Shown: piece by piece, positions 50,126-62,177 of the stretch
How positions within the stretch are numbered: position 1 is the stretch's first letter
How the letters are laid out: every line of letters starts with the position of its first letter
Assembly (NCBI RefSeq): GCF_036321535.1
Contig: NC_087437.1
Location: 10,480,001-10,544,000, forward strand
From: Camelus dromedarius
Taxonomy: Eukaryota
Direction of reading: 5' to 3'
Length of the DNA stretch: 64,000 nt
Translations under genes and position numbers: made by a program
Notes under the pieces: model-generated
Told to the model about the DNA's origin: nothing
Databases searched by the model: none
The model's input: the letters and a program-made list of their open reading frames with translations, nothing else

Positions 50126-53100
50126 AAGTCTACAATATTTTTCAAGTCCATTTGATAAACTTTAGGGAAATGAGGTATATGTTAACCTTTGGGGACTTAA
50201 TGCTATTTGTTAAACTAGAAAAACTCAAATGCTATAATTATATACATTTTGTAGTAACTAAAGAAAAGTACTTTGCACATAAATGTTCAATTACATGAAA
50301 TGTGCTATAATTGTAGACTTAATATTAGATGTAGAAACATGTTTTCTTTAAAAAAATCTGACTTTTAAGATGTTACAGAAAAGTAATGTTGGATACAGAA
50401 AATACTAAGTGGTTATTTTATTTAAACAGTGGTATGAATTAATTTCTGTCTTTTGGAGTTAAGAGGGAGATTATAGTTACTTCTTTGATGCATTTTTGCT
50501 CTTCTTTGGCATGAATTTGTTTCTTTAAAAATTGGCATGCTCTTATCAAGATATGTTCTCCTGAAAATGTCTGTATCATTTTTGTTATGTTTGCTGTATA
50601 TCTGATTATATTTGTTATATATATTTCTTTTTGTTATATTTGTAGTTGAATTATGTCTGCAATGGCAAATTCTGATGATTCTGTTAAATGGACTAGTCAA
50701 TTCAGTAAAACATTTATTTTGAGCTCTTCATTGAATTGACTCTTCTGCTTTTTCCACAGGTTGACACACCTGTGAATGCGAACTTTAAATCATATTTGTA
50801 CCATATTACTTTTGTTCAGAGTAGACATTGTGATTTTTTGGACACAATGTAATACTGTTGTGGGAATGACACTTGATTTTTAAACTAAATTTTTGTTGGG
50901 TCGAAAGGTTGATCTCAGTGTATTCCAGCGTGAACATTTTATTATATGGCCTCATCTAACTGTTTTCCACATGAGAATGAAGTAGTATTCTTTATAGATC
51001 TTTTGTAATTACTGTTTTTTCTTGATTCTGAATGTGCATTTAGAAACTTTTTACTGTTCCTGAAATCAAGATGCATCTTACAGTTGATATGCACAATCAT
51101 TAATCGAGGGTGTCTTAAAAATCAGTGGTTTTTAGAATCACAGCTACGTGGTATATATCACCATTCAGAATTAAACTCTATGTTTATTATTTGTGGTGGC
51201 TATGTGTTTTCTAGATTAATTCAGAGACTACTTTGAGCTTTAAAAAGTTTTGGTAATTAGTTACATGATGTTTTCTTCTTGAGAATGAGTTCATTTTGGA
51301 GGGTGTTGGCCAGTTGATTGAATTGGTTAGAATAGAAGTCCTTGGGTAACTGAGGAATGAGGACCGTAGAGGAATACAGGAAGTCATCTAAGTGGATACA
51401 GGGTTTTTTAAAAAATAACTGTTGAGAAAACAGCTTTGTGAATCCCTATGTCTGTCTATTCATGTTCTACTTGGTCCTGAGTGAGTTACTGAATTTATTT
51501 AACCTAATAAGTGTTTGTGTTCTAAACATGTCAGTACCTCTACACTGCTTCATTTTTCTGAACCATTAATCCAGTATGTTGATGTTAAAATGAGTGCTTC
51601 ATATCTTCTCCATTTGTGTCTAATTTTGGTACCGTACTCTTCAGTGAAGTCTGAATGAGTGATGATTGCCCCCTGTCCCCAACTCCTCTTTCTTTTGAGT
51701 AGGTGACAGTCACATGCAGTACTTAACCATTCCTGGAACATTTAAGGTATTAGGTGAAGTCTTCCAAACTGAGATTTAGTCTGTGTTTTGCTTCTGACTT
51801 GTTGTCTCGGGAACTTTGTGTAGTTGCTGACTTCTGTGTCAGAATAACTAAAGAAGTGGCACTGCGGGACAGAAATTGGAAATTTAGGCAATTGTCTAGT
51901 TGATTTATGTGTAAAGAAATAATTTTGTCTTAAAAGATCTGAAAAGAGAGAGGTCTGTCTGTTTGACTTAGCAAGATAATTGCTTGTCTTTTCACCTTAC
52001 CTGTGTATAGTAACTAGCCTTAGTTTCCTTATCTTTTAAGTGGGGACTGATAAAACAGTAATACTTAGAGAATTCTGAGAGATTTATTTAATTCAATTCT
52101 AATAGCCTAAGATCATCATGTAAAAGGTACACTGTAAGTGTGAATTATTGATGCTTTTTCATTTTTCCTCGCCCTAAGGGACGTTGCCTGAAATAGCTAT
52201 CTTCCTTACTCCACGTGTCAAGACTGAGAAACTTAATACATAACATGATCACAACTTTTGAGATAGAATTGAATTGCTGTCATTGAAAACAGCAGGACAT
52301 CTTGCAACCGTTTAAATAGCAATTCTTAGTATAATCTTTTCTTTCAGGAGAAATACAGCTGTTCTTTGGTAGCAGGTGACTCAAAATATATTGTAATATA
52401 TTGACTTGCTGCTCAGAATTGTCAAGTTTATCAGTAAATTGCTTTTTGTATTGAATAATTAGATTTAGAATTATAGACATCTGGAGGGGTTTCAAGTTTC
52501 ATTATAGAATTCTGTGACAAAATTATGACATCAGTTTTTTAAACCAGAAGGGACAGTATAAGCATAAAGCAAGATGAGTCATTTGAAAATCCCAAAGAAG
52601 TTCTTTTATGTTAAAAATAGTTTTATTTGACAGTTTAAGCAATCTCTTTTGAATGCCTGTCCTTTGGTCCCCTTAGTTTAAAAACAATATATCAAAATTA
52701 TTCATGTTTCTGGCAACAAATTAAATAGCACAGAAACATTTTTTAATGGAAAGCAACAGTTTTCTGTTGAAACACTCTCCCTATCCCAATTCCATTCCCT
52801 CTTGGCCATCTCTGGTTTGTCTTTCTAATGGTTTTTCTACATAAGGCTAAATAATATACTTAAACCTGCTTGTGGAATTGTTAACCTAAATTATATCCTT
52901 TGATTCCTTGCTGTGAAATTTGAGGATGTAGTTTATTTGCCTGCTCTTCCTTTCTTTTCCCTCTTCCCAGTCAAGGATAGTTACATTTCTTTAAAAAAAA
53001 AAAAAGAGAGAGTACTGATTGTCTTTCTAAACTATTTAGTCTATATATGTAAGCCGCTATTAATTATTCCTTCAAATTTCAGCGGTATTCCTTGGCTCCC

Positions 53101-54322
53101 TACTTTGTAAAGTGGGGATATTAACACTTTTGTTCTTTCCATCTACTCACAACCATCCCCTGTCCATTTTTAGTTGGTTTCTGTTAGCCACACTTAACTT
53201 TGCATCTTCAAGGTTAATAACATATATATTGTGTACTGCAACTACAACCTGTCTTCTGTGCTTTATCTGTAAGTAGAAGACCAATAAATTATCTGTAGAT
53301 TTACCCAACAGGGTGTTAGGATTGGATTTCCTGCAAGTCCAATGTCATGATCGCACAGCCACCCAATGAGTCTTGGCATTTAGGCAAAATAGATCAAATC
53401 TCTTTTTTCAATCCCTTAATGTCTGTTACTTTATTAAACTTATTTCAGATTTTAGTTTCTTTCCTATTTGATCTGTAGTTTTCTCATACAGGTGTTTTTC
53501 TTTTGGGATTTCTGTCTTTTTTCCCTTGAATGATGTGTCTTTATGTCCGTGTATGTCTGCAGCTCCTCTTGACCATCTCAGCCTGCTTGATTTACACCAC
53601 CTGCTTTGTCTTCCAGAAGCACACTGAAATTTCTCATCCATTGGTGACCACCCCCTTCTCTTTGCTATTTATTCCTTTTTGTCCCACCTGTGGCAAAACC
53701 TGTGCCCCACCTTATTTAATTGTGTGCCATATGTACCTCATATGCATATTAACACATCTTATCACCCGTATTAGAAGGAAAGCTAATGTTTTAAAAATAA
53801 GAGATCATGGAATTTATCCTAGTTAGCCCCTTCATTTCATAGGGCAGAAAACTGAGGCCTAGAGAGAAAGCAGGTGTGAGCAGTCTTTTCCCCCAAGAAC
53901 TCTAAATTAGCAGAATTAAAATGAAGATTTTTGGGGGGCTTTACATCTGTTAGTCTTGCTCTGCTTCGTTATGTCTCCCCAGCCTTGAATCATCGTGTTG
54001 AGAGGTGAAAATTAGATCTGTAGCATGCAGTTCATTTGGGAAGTTGGGGCCAGTCATCCTGGAGGAGTCGCACCAATTCTGACAGCTTTGTTTGTTGTCT
54101 TGAAAAAGACATAGAATGAAGTTGTTTGAGAATTTTTTTTGTTCAGAGTCTTGTTTTTTATGGTACTTTACTTAACTGTCATCCATATAATACCGATAAC
54201 TACCAGAGAGCAGGCAGCCAGCTGTTAAGTCTAATAGTTTAAAACCAAGGCAAAGGAGAAGAAATGGCTTTGAGAATTAAAAAAAAAATTTAGTTTTAGA
54301 AAGCCTACGGTTAAGGGAGAAG

Positions 54323-54333
54323 CAAGATGGCGG
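54323..54333 (+). promoter_or_regulatory. YY1 motif at the 5' end of the L1 internal promoter
   Basis: CAAGATGGCGG at +9 of the element, the position where mammalian L1s carry a YY1 site. Confidence 0.75.
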
Positions 54334-55313
54334 AGTAGAAGGACGCTTGTAGCTCACCCTCTTCCACAAATACACCAAAACTCACATCTACGGACCTACT
54401 CAGCCAACCAGAGCACCTGCTGAACTCCGACAGAACATCGCCCTCTCCGAAAGACAAAGACGCCAAAAATCTGGTAGGAAAAAAGGAAAAAAGAAAGAAG
54501 AAAAACCAAAACAGTGCGGGACTGATCCTGCGGGGAGGGAGCAGCAAAGGAGGACTGGCGCTCTTTCGCTGGGTCCCCCCTTCTCCAACGGAGAGGCCAG
54601 TGGGACGGAGGGGGAACCTCCAAGGCTCAGATCTGCCCCGAGCACCCCTTGACCAACAGAACTGAGTTAAATGGGCACAAAGGGTCCCCGCAACACCCAG
54701 CCCGAGAAGTGGGCCCACAGCTGGGGCTGGGGCAGGTGGCCTGAGCTGGATGGAGGACGGGGGCAGCTGCACTGAGGTGGCCCCCGGGGACTGCAGGGTG
54801 CTGTGTGCCGTGGCTGGGAGGGGAAATGGAGCAGAGCAACCTCGGTCCCCCATAAATTGCAAAAAAGCAAAGCAACACGGCTGATGTGCCCTAGGGGGAG
54901 GGGCGCCATAGCCTTTGTCTCCTCAGACCTGCGCCGCCGTTACTGGCACTTCTCGTGAGAAGAGAGGCGGGGCTCAGCCACAGCTGCCATATTCTCCTGT
55001 GTGCAGCGCCTCGGTGGGGGCGGGGCCAAGACCTGAATCTGCACCCGGGGGCTCCACAACCTCCTAGGCAGGACTCAGACTTGTCTACAGCTGGAGGCAG
55101 ATAGAATCTTTCTGCCCTGGCACCTAAGAGAACTCGCCCCGCCAAGACAAACGAGCTGAGATTTGGCATGGAGCAGAGGCGGGGCCGGTCCGCAGTCTTC
55201 CCCGAGCCCACCTTCAGAATGCCGTCCCGAGGCGGAGCAGGCAGCTGCACAGAGCAGTGGAGTGACCAGCGCCGGGAAAGGGTGGTCGGCAACCCGCTTT
55301 CCTGGCAGGAATG

Positions 55314-55470
55314 CAGCACCTGACCACGGTGCTGGGAGGGGGCACGATCCGCCCACCTGCCTCCCCCAACTGCAGCATCTGACTGCAGCATTGGGAGGGG
55401 GAGTGACTCGCCCCCCCACTGGATAAGAGCTCAGCACCTGACCCAGTGTTGGGAGGGGGCATGATCTGCT
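55314..55470 (+). repeat. 59-bp-period degenerate tandem array in the L1 5'UTR
   Basis: 'cagca(c/t)ctgac...tgggaggggg' starts at 55314, 55373 and 55432. Confidence 0.85.
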
Positions 55471-55648
55471 AGCCGACAGCCACTGGGAGCAGCACAGAAG
55501 AGGGCTCCAACAGAGGGCCTCTGGAAACAGCAAGCTGAGTTTGCGAAACAGGGCGAAGACACAAAGACCTCTCAATAAAATCATTAAGAGCACAGCGTCT
55601 CCAGGAGAACTAGATAACTGATACTCCTTAAGCCAGTGCCAGAGAGAT

Positions 55649-56543
55649 ATGAGCAATATGAAGAAGCAGAGGAACCACTCCCAATTAAAAGATCAAGAGA
55701 AATTTCCTGAAAGCACAATCAAGGAAATAGACATTGATGCCCTGCTAGATCAGGATTTCAAAAAAGGAGTGATCAAAGTACTGAACGAACTAAAAGAAAT
55801 AGTGTTTAGAGATATAAAATATGTCAAAAATGAAATAGAAGCTACAAAGAAGAACCAAGTAGAATTGGTAAACTCACTTGCTGAGATGAGAGCTGACCTA
55901 AAGGCTGTACAAAGCAGGCTAGAGAATGCAGAGGAACGAATAAGTGACCTAGAAGACGGGACAACAGAAAGCACCCAATCAGAACGGCTGAGAGAAAAAC
56001 AAATAAAAAACAATGAAAACAATATAAGGGACCTAGGGGATAATATAAAGCATGCCAATCTACACATAATAGGGGGTCCAGAAGGGGAAGAAAGAATAAA
56101 GGGGATTGAAAAGGTATTTGAAGAAATCATGACTGAAAACTTCCCAAACCTAAAGGAATCAGATATCCATGTACAGGAGGCTCAGAGGGTCCCAAACAGG
56201 AAGAACCCAAACAGACCCGCACCAAGACATATAATCAAGATGGCCAGAGTCAAGGATAAAGAAATGATCCTAAAGGCAGCAAGAGAAAAACAAAGAATGA
56301 GTTACAAGGGAACTCCCATAAGGCCCTCAGCTGATTTCTCTGCACAAACACTACAGGCCAGAAGGGAGTGGCAAGATATATTCAAAGTCCTGAATGAAAA
56401 AAAAGATACAGCCTAGGATACTCTATCCAGCAAGGCTATCCTTTAGGATAGAAGAGAGAAAGAACTTCACAGATAAGCAAAAACTAAAAGAATTTAGCCA
56501 CACTAAACCCATGCTGAAAGAAATATTGACAGGTCTACTTTAA
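55649..56543 (+). pseudogene. L1 ORF1p, open for ~252 codons then +1 frameshift in an A8 run
   Basis: ORF 55649-56416 in the track; A8 at 56397-56404 versus A7 in copy 1; the remaining frame continues (YPARLSF) to TAA at 56541-56543. Confidence 0.92.
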
Positions 56544-56686
56544 ATAGAAAAGAAGCAGGATGCTACAAAAATGAGAAACTCATAACTGGGAAAGAGATAA
56601 CTGCCATGAATTACAAAAAGAATAAACACAAAATTGTAAAAGAAGACATCTAAATCATTAAGAGTGGGAGAGGGAAGCAAGGAAAT

Positions 56687-57055
56687 CCATTGTGGAAAGC
56701 AGTATGGAGATTCCTCAAAAGACTAGGAATAGACTTAACATATGACCCAGGAATCCCGCTCCTGGGCATATATCCAGAAGGAACCCTACTTCAGAATGAC
56801 ACATGCACCCCAGTGTTCATAGCACCACTATTTACAATAGCCAAGACATGGAAACAGCTTAAATGTCCATCAACAGATGACTGAGTAAATAAGAAGTGGT
56901 ATATTTATACAATGGAATACTATTCAGCCATAAAAACCGACAACATAATGCCATTTGCAGCAACATGGATGTCACTGGAGAACGTCATTCTAAGTGAAGT
57001 AAGCCAGAAAGAGAAAGAAAAATACCATATGAGATCGCTCATATGAGGAATCTAA
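56687..57055 (+). pseudogene. L1 ORF2 C-terminal remnant (~122 codons) with stops
   Basis: PLWKAVWRFLKRLGIDLTYDPGIPLLGIYPEG...KCPSTDD*. Confidence 0.9.
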
Positions 57056-58210
57056 AAACAAAACAAAACAAAACAAAACATAAATACAAAACAGAAACAG
57101 ACTCATAGACATAGAATACAAACTTGTTGCCAAGGGGGGCGGGGGTTGGGAAGGGACAGACTGGAATTTTATTATGCCAACTAGATAAACATGATTATAC
57201 TGTATAGCACAGGGGAATATAAACAAGGTCCTGTGGTAGCTCATAGCGAAAAAAAAAATGTGACAATGAATATGTTCATACATAACTGAAAAATTGTGCT
57301 CTACACTAGAATTTGACACCACATTGTAAAATGACTATTACTCAATAAAAAATGTTAAAAAATAAAAAAATAAAATAAAATATGGATGCCTGTACCCTAA
57401 AAAAAAAAAAAAAAGAAAGCCTGCGGTTAATACATGAACGACAGTTAAGCGGTTGCTTAGTCTTACAAAACAGTATAACACTTAGCCTTTGTGTATGTAT
57501 ATAGGAGTTAGATGCAGTTAAAAATAAAAAGTGAACACATGAGGGCGAAAACATGTTTGTAAAAAAACGTTCTTTTTTTTTTCTTTCATGAAGCTCACAC
57601 AATTACATTAAAATAATTATCTACGTATTATTAGGATAGTTCCAGCAAAAGGAGTTTTAGTAAGGCTTATTGAACTCGAAAGCTGCAACCCTCTGCGGCC
57701 TGGAGGCTTCTGGGAAGACTACCATTTATATTTTGCTAGCAGTTTCAGGTGTTGGAATGAGATCCTGATAATCCTTTCTCCACCAACTGATTGGCTCAAT
57801 CAGGATGCTTGGATTCAACTTAATATGATCATCTTTGCATCACATATGGGGTATTCTAGTGCAAATCAGAAGTTGGAGTGATCTGTACATTGTGTGGCCA
57901 ACGTTTCCAGTTTAAACTAGAAATTATGGTTAGTGTTACCAGTGGTTGAATGAAGTTTTAGCTTCCAAGTCATAGTGTTGCCTCCACAGGCTACACATGT
58001 CGACAGTGGCCAGTCTCGTCACTCTGTAGGCGCGTTGCCGAACACGTGGCAGAAATTTCTACTTTGTTGGTATTGTATGTGATGATTTATACAGTGCTTC
58101 AAATAAAAAGCATACAGATGGGAAATATTAGTGTAAAAGTGTAACATTTTAATGGAATATTAAGAGAGTGAAGACATTTTAATGTAACTTTCTTTGTCTT
58201 TATTTTAAAG

Positions 58211-58261
58211 AATTCAGAAGGAACTTGCAGAAATTACATTGGACCCACCTCCCAACTGTAG
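58211..58261 (+). CDS. UBE2E2: UBE2E2 second coding exon (51 bp), start of the UBC fold
   Basis: (R)IQKELAEITLDPPPNC(S); polypyrimidine tract and aag acceptor at 58209-58210; donor AG|GTAAGT at 58262; phase matches the previous exon. Confidence 0.97.
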   Translation, partial: NSEGTCRNYIGPTSQL

Positions 58262-61200
58262 GTAAGTACTTATGGATTTATTTATTTGTATCTTTTGCAG
58301 AAGATATAATTGAATTGTTGGTCTGATGTGCAACTGTGGTTGTAGTCAGATTAATTGGTAAAAACATCATGTGGTTTGGACTTAAATGACTGTGGAAGAT
58401 AGTGGTAGTGATTGTCTCTGTGCAGAAATGAGATATTCAGCAAGAATGTTTGTGGTGGTAGCGTGGAATTGCCAAAAAAGGAGTAATGCAGAAACAATAA
58501 GATGATGAAATTATAGGGTGACAAATACAATGATCGTTTAGTGGAAGAAGTGTTGGGGTTGTAAATGATTTGTTTAATGATGGAATAATAGTATGACTAA
58601 AATATTTGTTATTTGATAATTGTTCAGTTGTTATCTTGTTGGAAATTGATTTTTTAAAGTGCATTAAACAGTTTCTTCATGGTTTACATTATTTCTTATG
58701 TCATTGGTCGTGGCTAAGTAAGAATGGGTAATTGGAGGCAGTGGTGTTAAATTTTAAGCACTTTCTCCTTTATGACCACAACCCTGAATTTTCTGGTCAG
58801 AGCTTACTTACAGGAAGTTAAAGTGTGCGCCTGGAAATAGTTAATGATATGCAGGTTCATAGAGGAAGTGGAGAGAAATAATCTACTTTATACTATCTTG
58901 GTGCAGTAGTTGAAAGACGGTGTTTGGCTATTTTAAGGTATTTCTTTCTTTTTTTGATATGAGGTCAGTATTGGAACCAGGCCAACATGGAGTTTTATAG
59001 TTTAAATTGGTAGGCTTGTGCATTAAAGGTGAGAGGGCAGATTTCCAATATTGAATGCAAGTTTGAATGCAATATTGAATGCATTATTTGGTATGATTTA
59101 TGATTTTACCAATCTTATTTTTATATGTAAGCAAAGATAGCAACTCTCGTTATTAATGAAAGTGAAAATATTGCAGATGGCTGGTGTGGCTGGTTGACAA
59201 CTATTTTGTATAGGGAAGATTCTAATAAGACTTGATGTTTGTGGTGAATTTAATATGGTTCTTTACATAAGAGTCATAAATGGTATATAAACTTGCAGTA
59301 ATAATGTTCAAAGACTGTTTCACTCAGCTAGAACAAATCATTCTTTGTTAGGTAAAACTGTTGAACAGTTAAGAGTTTTCTGTCACCCTTAAGACTGTGT
59401 TACATCAAAGCTGTTTCAGATGGCAGACTGGTGTTTAGGCTTTGGTAGCCAATTCATATAAGTGGATTGATTTGTGGAAAAACTTCAGTTTAAATTAAAC
59501 TTAAAATCCCTTGTTTCTTAGGATAGCATTTGTTTTAATGGTTTGAATTTTTAAAAAATAGGCTTTTATCACATATATTATTTTTGTTTCCTTTTTACAA
59601 ACAACTGAACTGGAAAATATGTGAACTTAATTTATACACTTACTTGCTCAAATTTTGACAACAGATTATTGGCAAAATAAACTAACTGCTTTTGAAAAAT
59701 GAGCTTATTTAAGGCTCATTTTTGATAAATGAAATCCACATATAATATCATGTGATGATTAGACTGTTTGCAACTTTACTATCAGATATGTTATTTTCTA
59801 ATGCGTTAGTCTAATTTAGCCACAGATAATGATTTAACTTTGATTAAACCAATATATTATAAACATGCATGAAAACTTAAGAGTCTGAGGAAAGGAATTA
59901 GAATTATATAATGGTAACTACTTAGATAAATGAAAACATACCAGAGATCTATTTAATGTAAAAAAGAGAAGTTTACCTATGGTGTCATCTGAAATTTGGG
60001 GATTTACTTTTTTGTTGAGCCTTAGTTAATGTGTCATTACTGGTTATGTAAGCTCTTTATAAATAATGCAAAATATACGTAATAATTTTCATTTTTAAAT
60101 GTAGCCGTCACATATAATAAGCCCTGCAGACGGTTTCAGGAGAGATAGCTACTTAGTTGTATTTTTTCCCCACAGTGTTATTGAGATATTGACATGGAAA
60201 GATACCTCCTTTGGTTAATTTGTTGGCTTATGGGAATTTGTAATGAAGTTCTTTTAACAGTATGGAGATTGCATAGCTAGTTTGCTTTAGAAGCAAGGTC
60301 TACTGGTACAGTGGCTTTGGCTCCTTTTATTGATCCTCAAATAGTTGATTGGACTGATCAGAGATAAAGGTCATATCTACCTCCATTGTACGTGGTACTC
60401 CCCTTTTGCAAGCAGAAGGCCCTCTAGGCTGTGGCTAGTGGGGATGTGGGGTGAGTTCCACATTCCCTGTGTGCTTGTGCTGCTTGATACAGACGTTCAG
60501 TGTGCTTGTCAAGTGGGTTACTGTGGTCTTTGGATTTTTTGGTGTCAAACATTTGATTGTGGTTTATAGTAAATCTCCCTGTCTGTATTTCAGTGAGAAT
60601 GTGGTTACTGTCTTGAGAAAGAGAAGTTAGAGAATAATTTTAGTTTGGTTTATTTTTGGCACAAAACAAACAGTGCTCTTGTGGTTGATTTTAAAAGCTC
60701 TGTGCTGCCTTCATGTATGTCCTAATGACTATAATGAATTAATTTATAGAAATGTGGTAAATTAAAGCCATCTGCCTAATAGAAAGAGTCAAAATTCCAT
60801 TCACCTAGTACTCCCTTTGTGTATTGCCTTTCCTGGGACACCTGCCTCTCAAAATCCTACCTTTTGGTTGCTTGGGTAGTTATTAACTCACTAGCACAGA
60901 TAAGGCTTGTGTGTGAGGATTGTGGATTTAGGCAATCAGAGGGGAGAGGATTTTATCTATTAGTTGTCTCCATGAGGGTGAGTGTGTATCACATTCCACC
61001 TGGAGTGGTTTATTCTTTTTTCCTGAAACCTTAAGAAGCTAGTCCAGCCTGGTTCTGTGTGTATGTCAGGTTAGAGATGGGACCTCAGAATTTCCGTTCA
61101 TCTCTTATGTGATGTCCGGTCAAGCAACTGCTGGGTTCATATTGAAGCAGATAGCATGTGGTTGTCCTCTCCTGTAGTATTGTTGAAGATCTTTTCAGGT

Positions 61201-62177
61201 TTTGAATGAACTTAAATATTTTAAAAGAGCATCCACAAAATAATGTGATAATAGGTTAAATTATTTCTTCTTATAGGAAACACATGCCTGTACATCTTCT
61301 GGTTTTCTTTTCACATTTTTTGTTGTCCTTGAGGTAAAAATGCAATAATACAGTTTTTTTAAAGCTGGGTTGAATTTTTTATATTATAGCATCAGAGTTA
61401 ATGTTTAAAAACAAAACTTTATGGTATATCTAAGAAAAAAGTTTCTGTTGATAAAATCATAGCATGTGTAGGGCCATAGGCTTAGAAAGGTGTACATAAT
61501 TTGGGTGAAACTTGGTTATATACTTAGAGTATTCTCTATAGAAAGTAGAATACATTTTTCTTGGCCTTGGTGTTTATGATTGGTAACATAATAGACCCAT
61601 GACATTTGCAGGGTGCCATCCAGAGGCCTCTACAGATCCATAAATGTTTTCATGACCCCGCTGAGTTGGAGGTGTTAGGCTGTTGGCTAGAGTTGCTCAC
61701 AACCTCAGTGCCCTGCACACCAGCTTAGCTTGTACACAACTATGATATGACTTTCAGGATTCTTCACAATTGTCAAAAACAGATCTTAAATCTGTAGTGT
61801 CCTAGTGTGTTCATTTCTATTCCTTGGTGCTGGTGGAGAACTGGCAGCTAGCCAGAAACATTTTCAGATTAAAAATTTTTGTTATCCAAAGGATAACCTG
61901 TTTCTCTGTATTGCAGAGAAGTTAAATCCAAATTTTATTATGATCTGATAATGCCCAAGTTTATGTTAGCTTTATGAGCATGGAAATGACAGAGGTCCTT
62001 ATTACTTTTTGAAAGTAGTTTGACTATGGTAAAATGATTCATTTTGATTTTGACTTTTGATTTAGTAATTGAGCAGATAATAGAAAATACTACAAAAGAG
62101 GGTGTGCTTCAGTTACACTAGCAGTTTTCACTTTTTATTGCTGTTTCAATGATCTCATTGAGCACAGGCTCTGCTTT

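Larger units (their letters stand above)
54315..57413 (+). mobile_element. Full-length ORF1-only LINE-1 derivative (HAL1-like), copy 2, in UBE2E2 intron 2
   Basis: Starts gggagaagcaagatggcgg; 1.33-kb GC-rich 5'UTR, ORF1, spacer, ORF2 tail, 3'UTR, poly(A); TSD agaaagcct(a/g)cggttaa at 54298-54314 and 57414-57430. Confidence 0.95.

Noticed and set aside
54311..55656. Antisense ORFs of 166-193 aa in the L1 5'UTR (possible ORF0 analogue)
   Set aside because: GC-rich sequence, no recognisable homology, and most of the region has no second copy in the window to test conservation. Not supportable without a family alignment.
59046..59083. Three 12-bp-period ttgaatgca repeats
   Set aside because: Short slippage repeat in an AT-rich intron; no evidence of function and not CRISPR-like.
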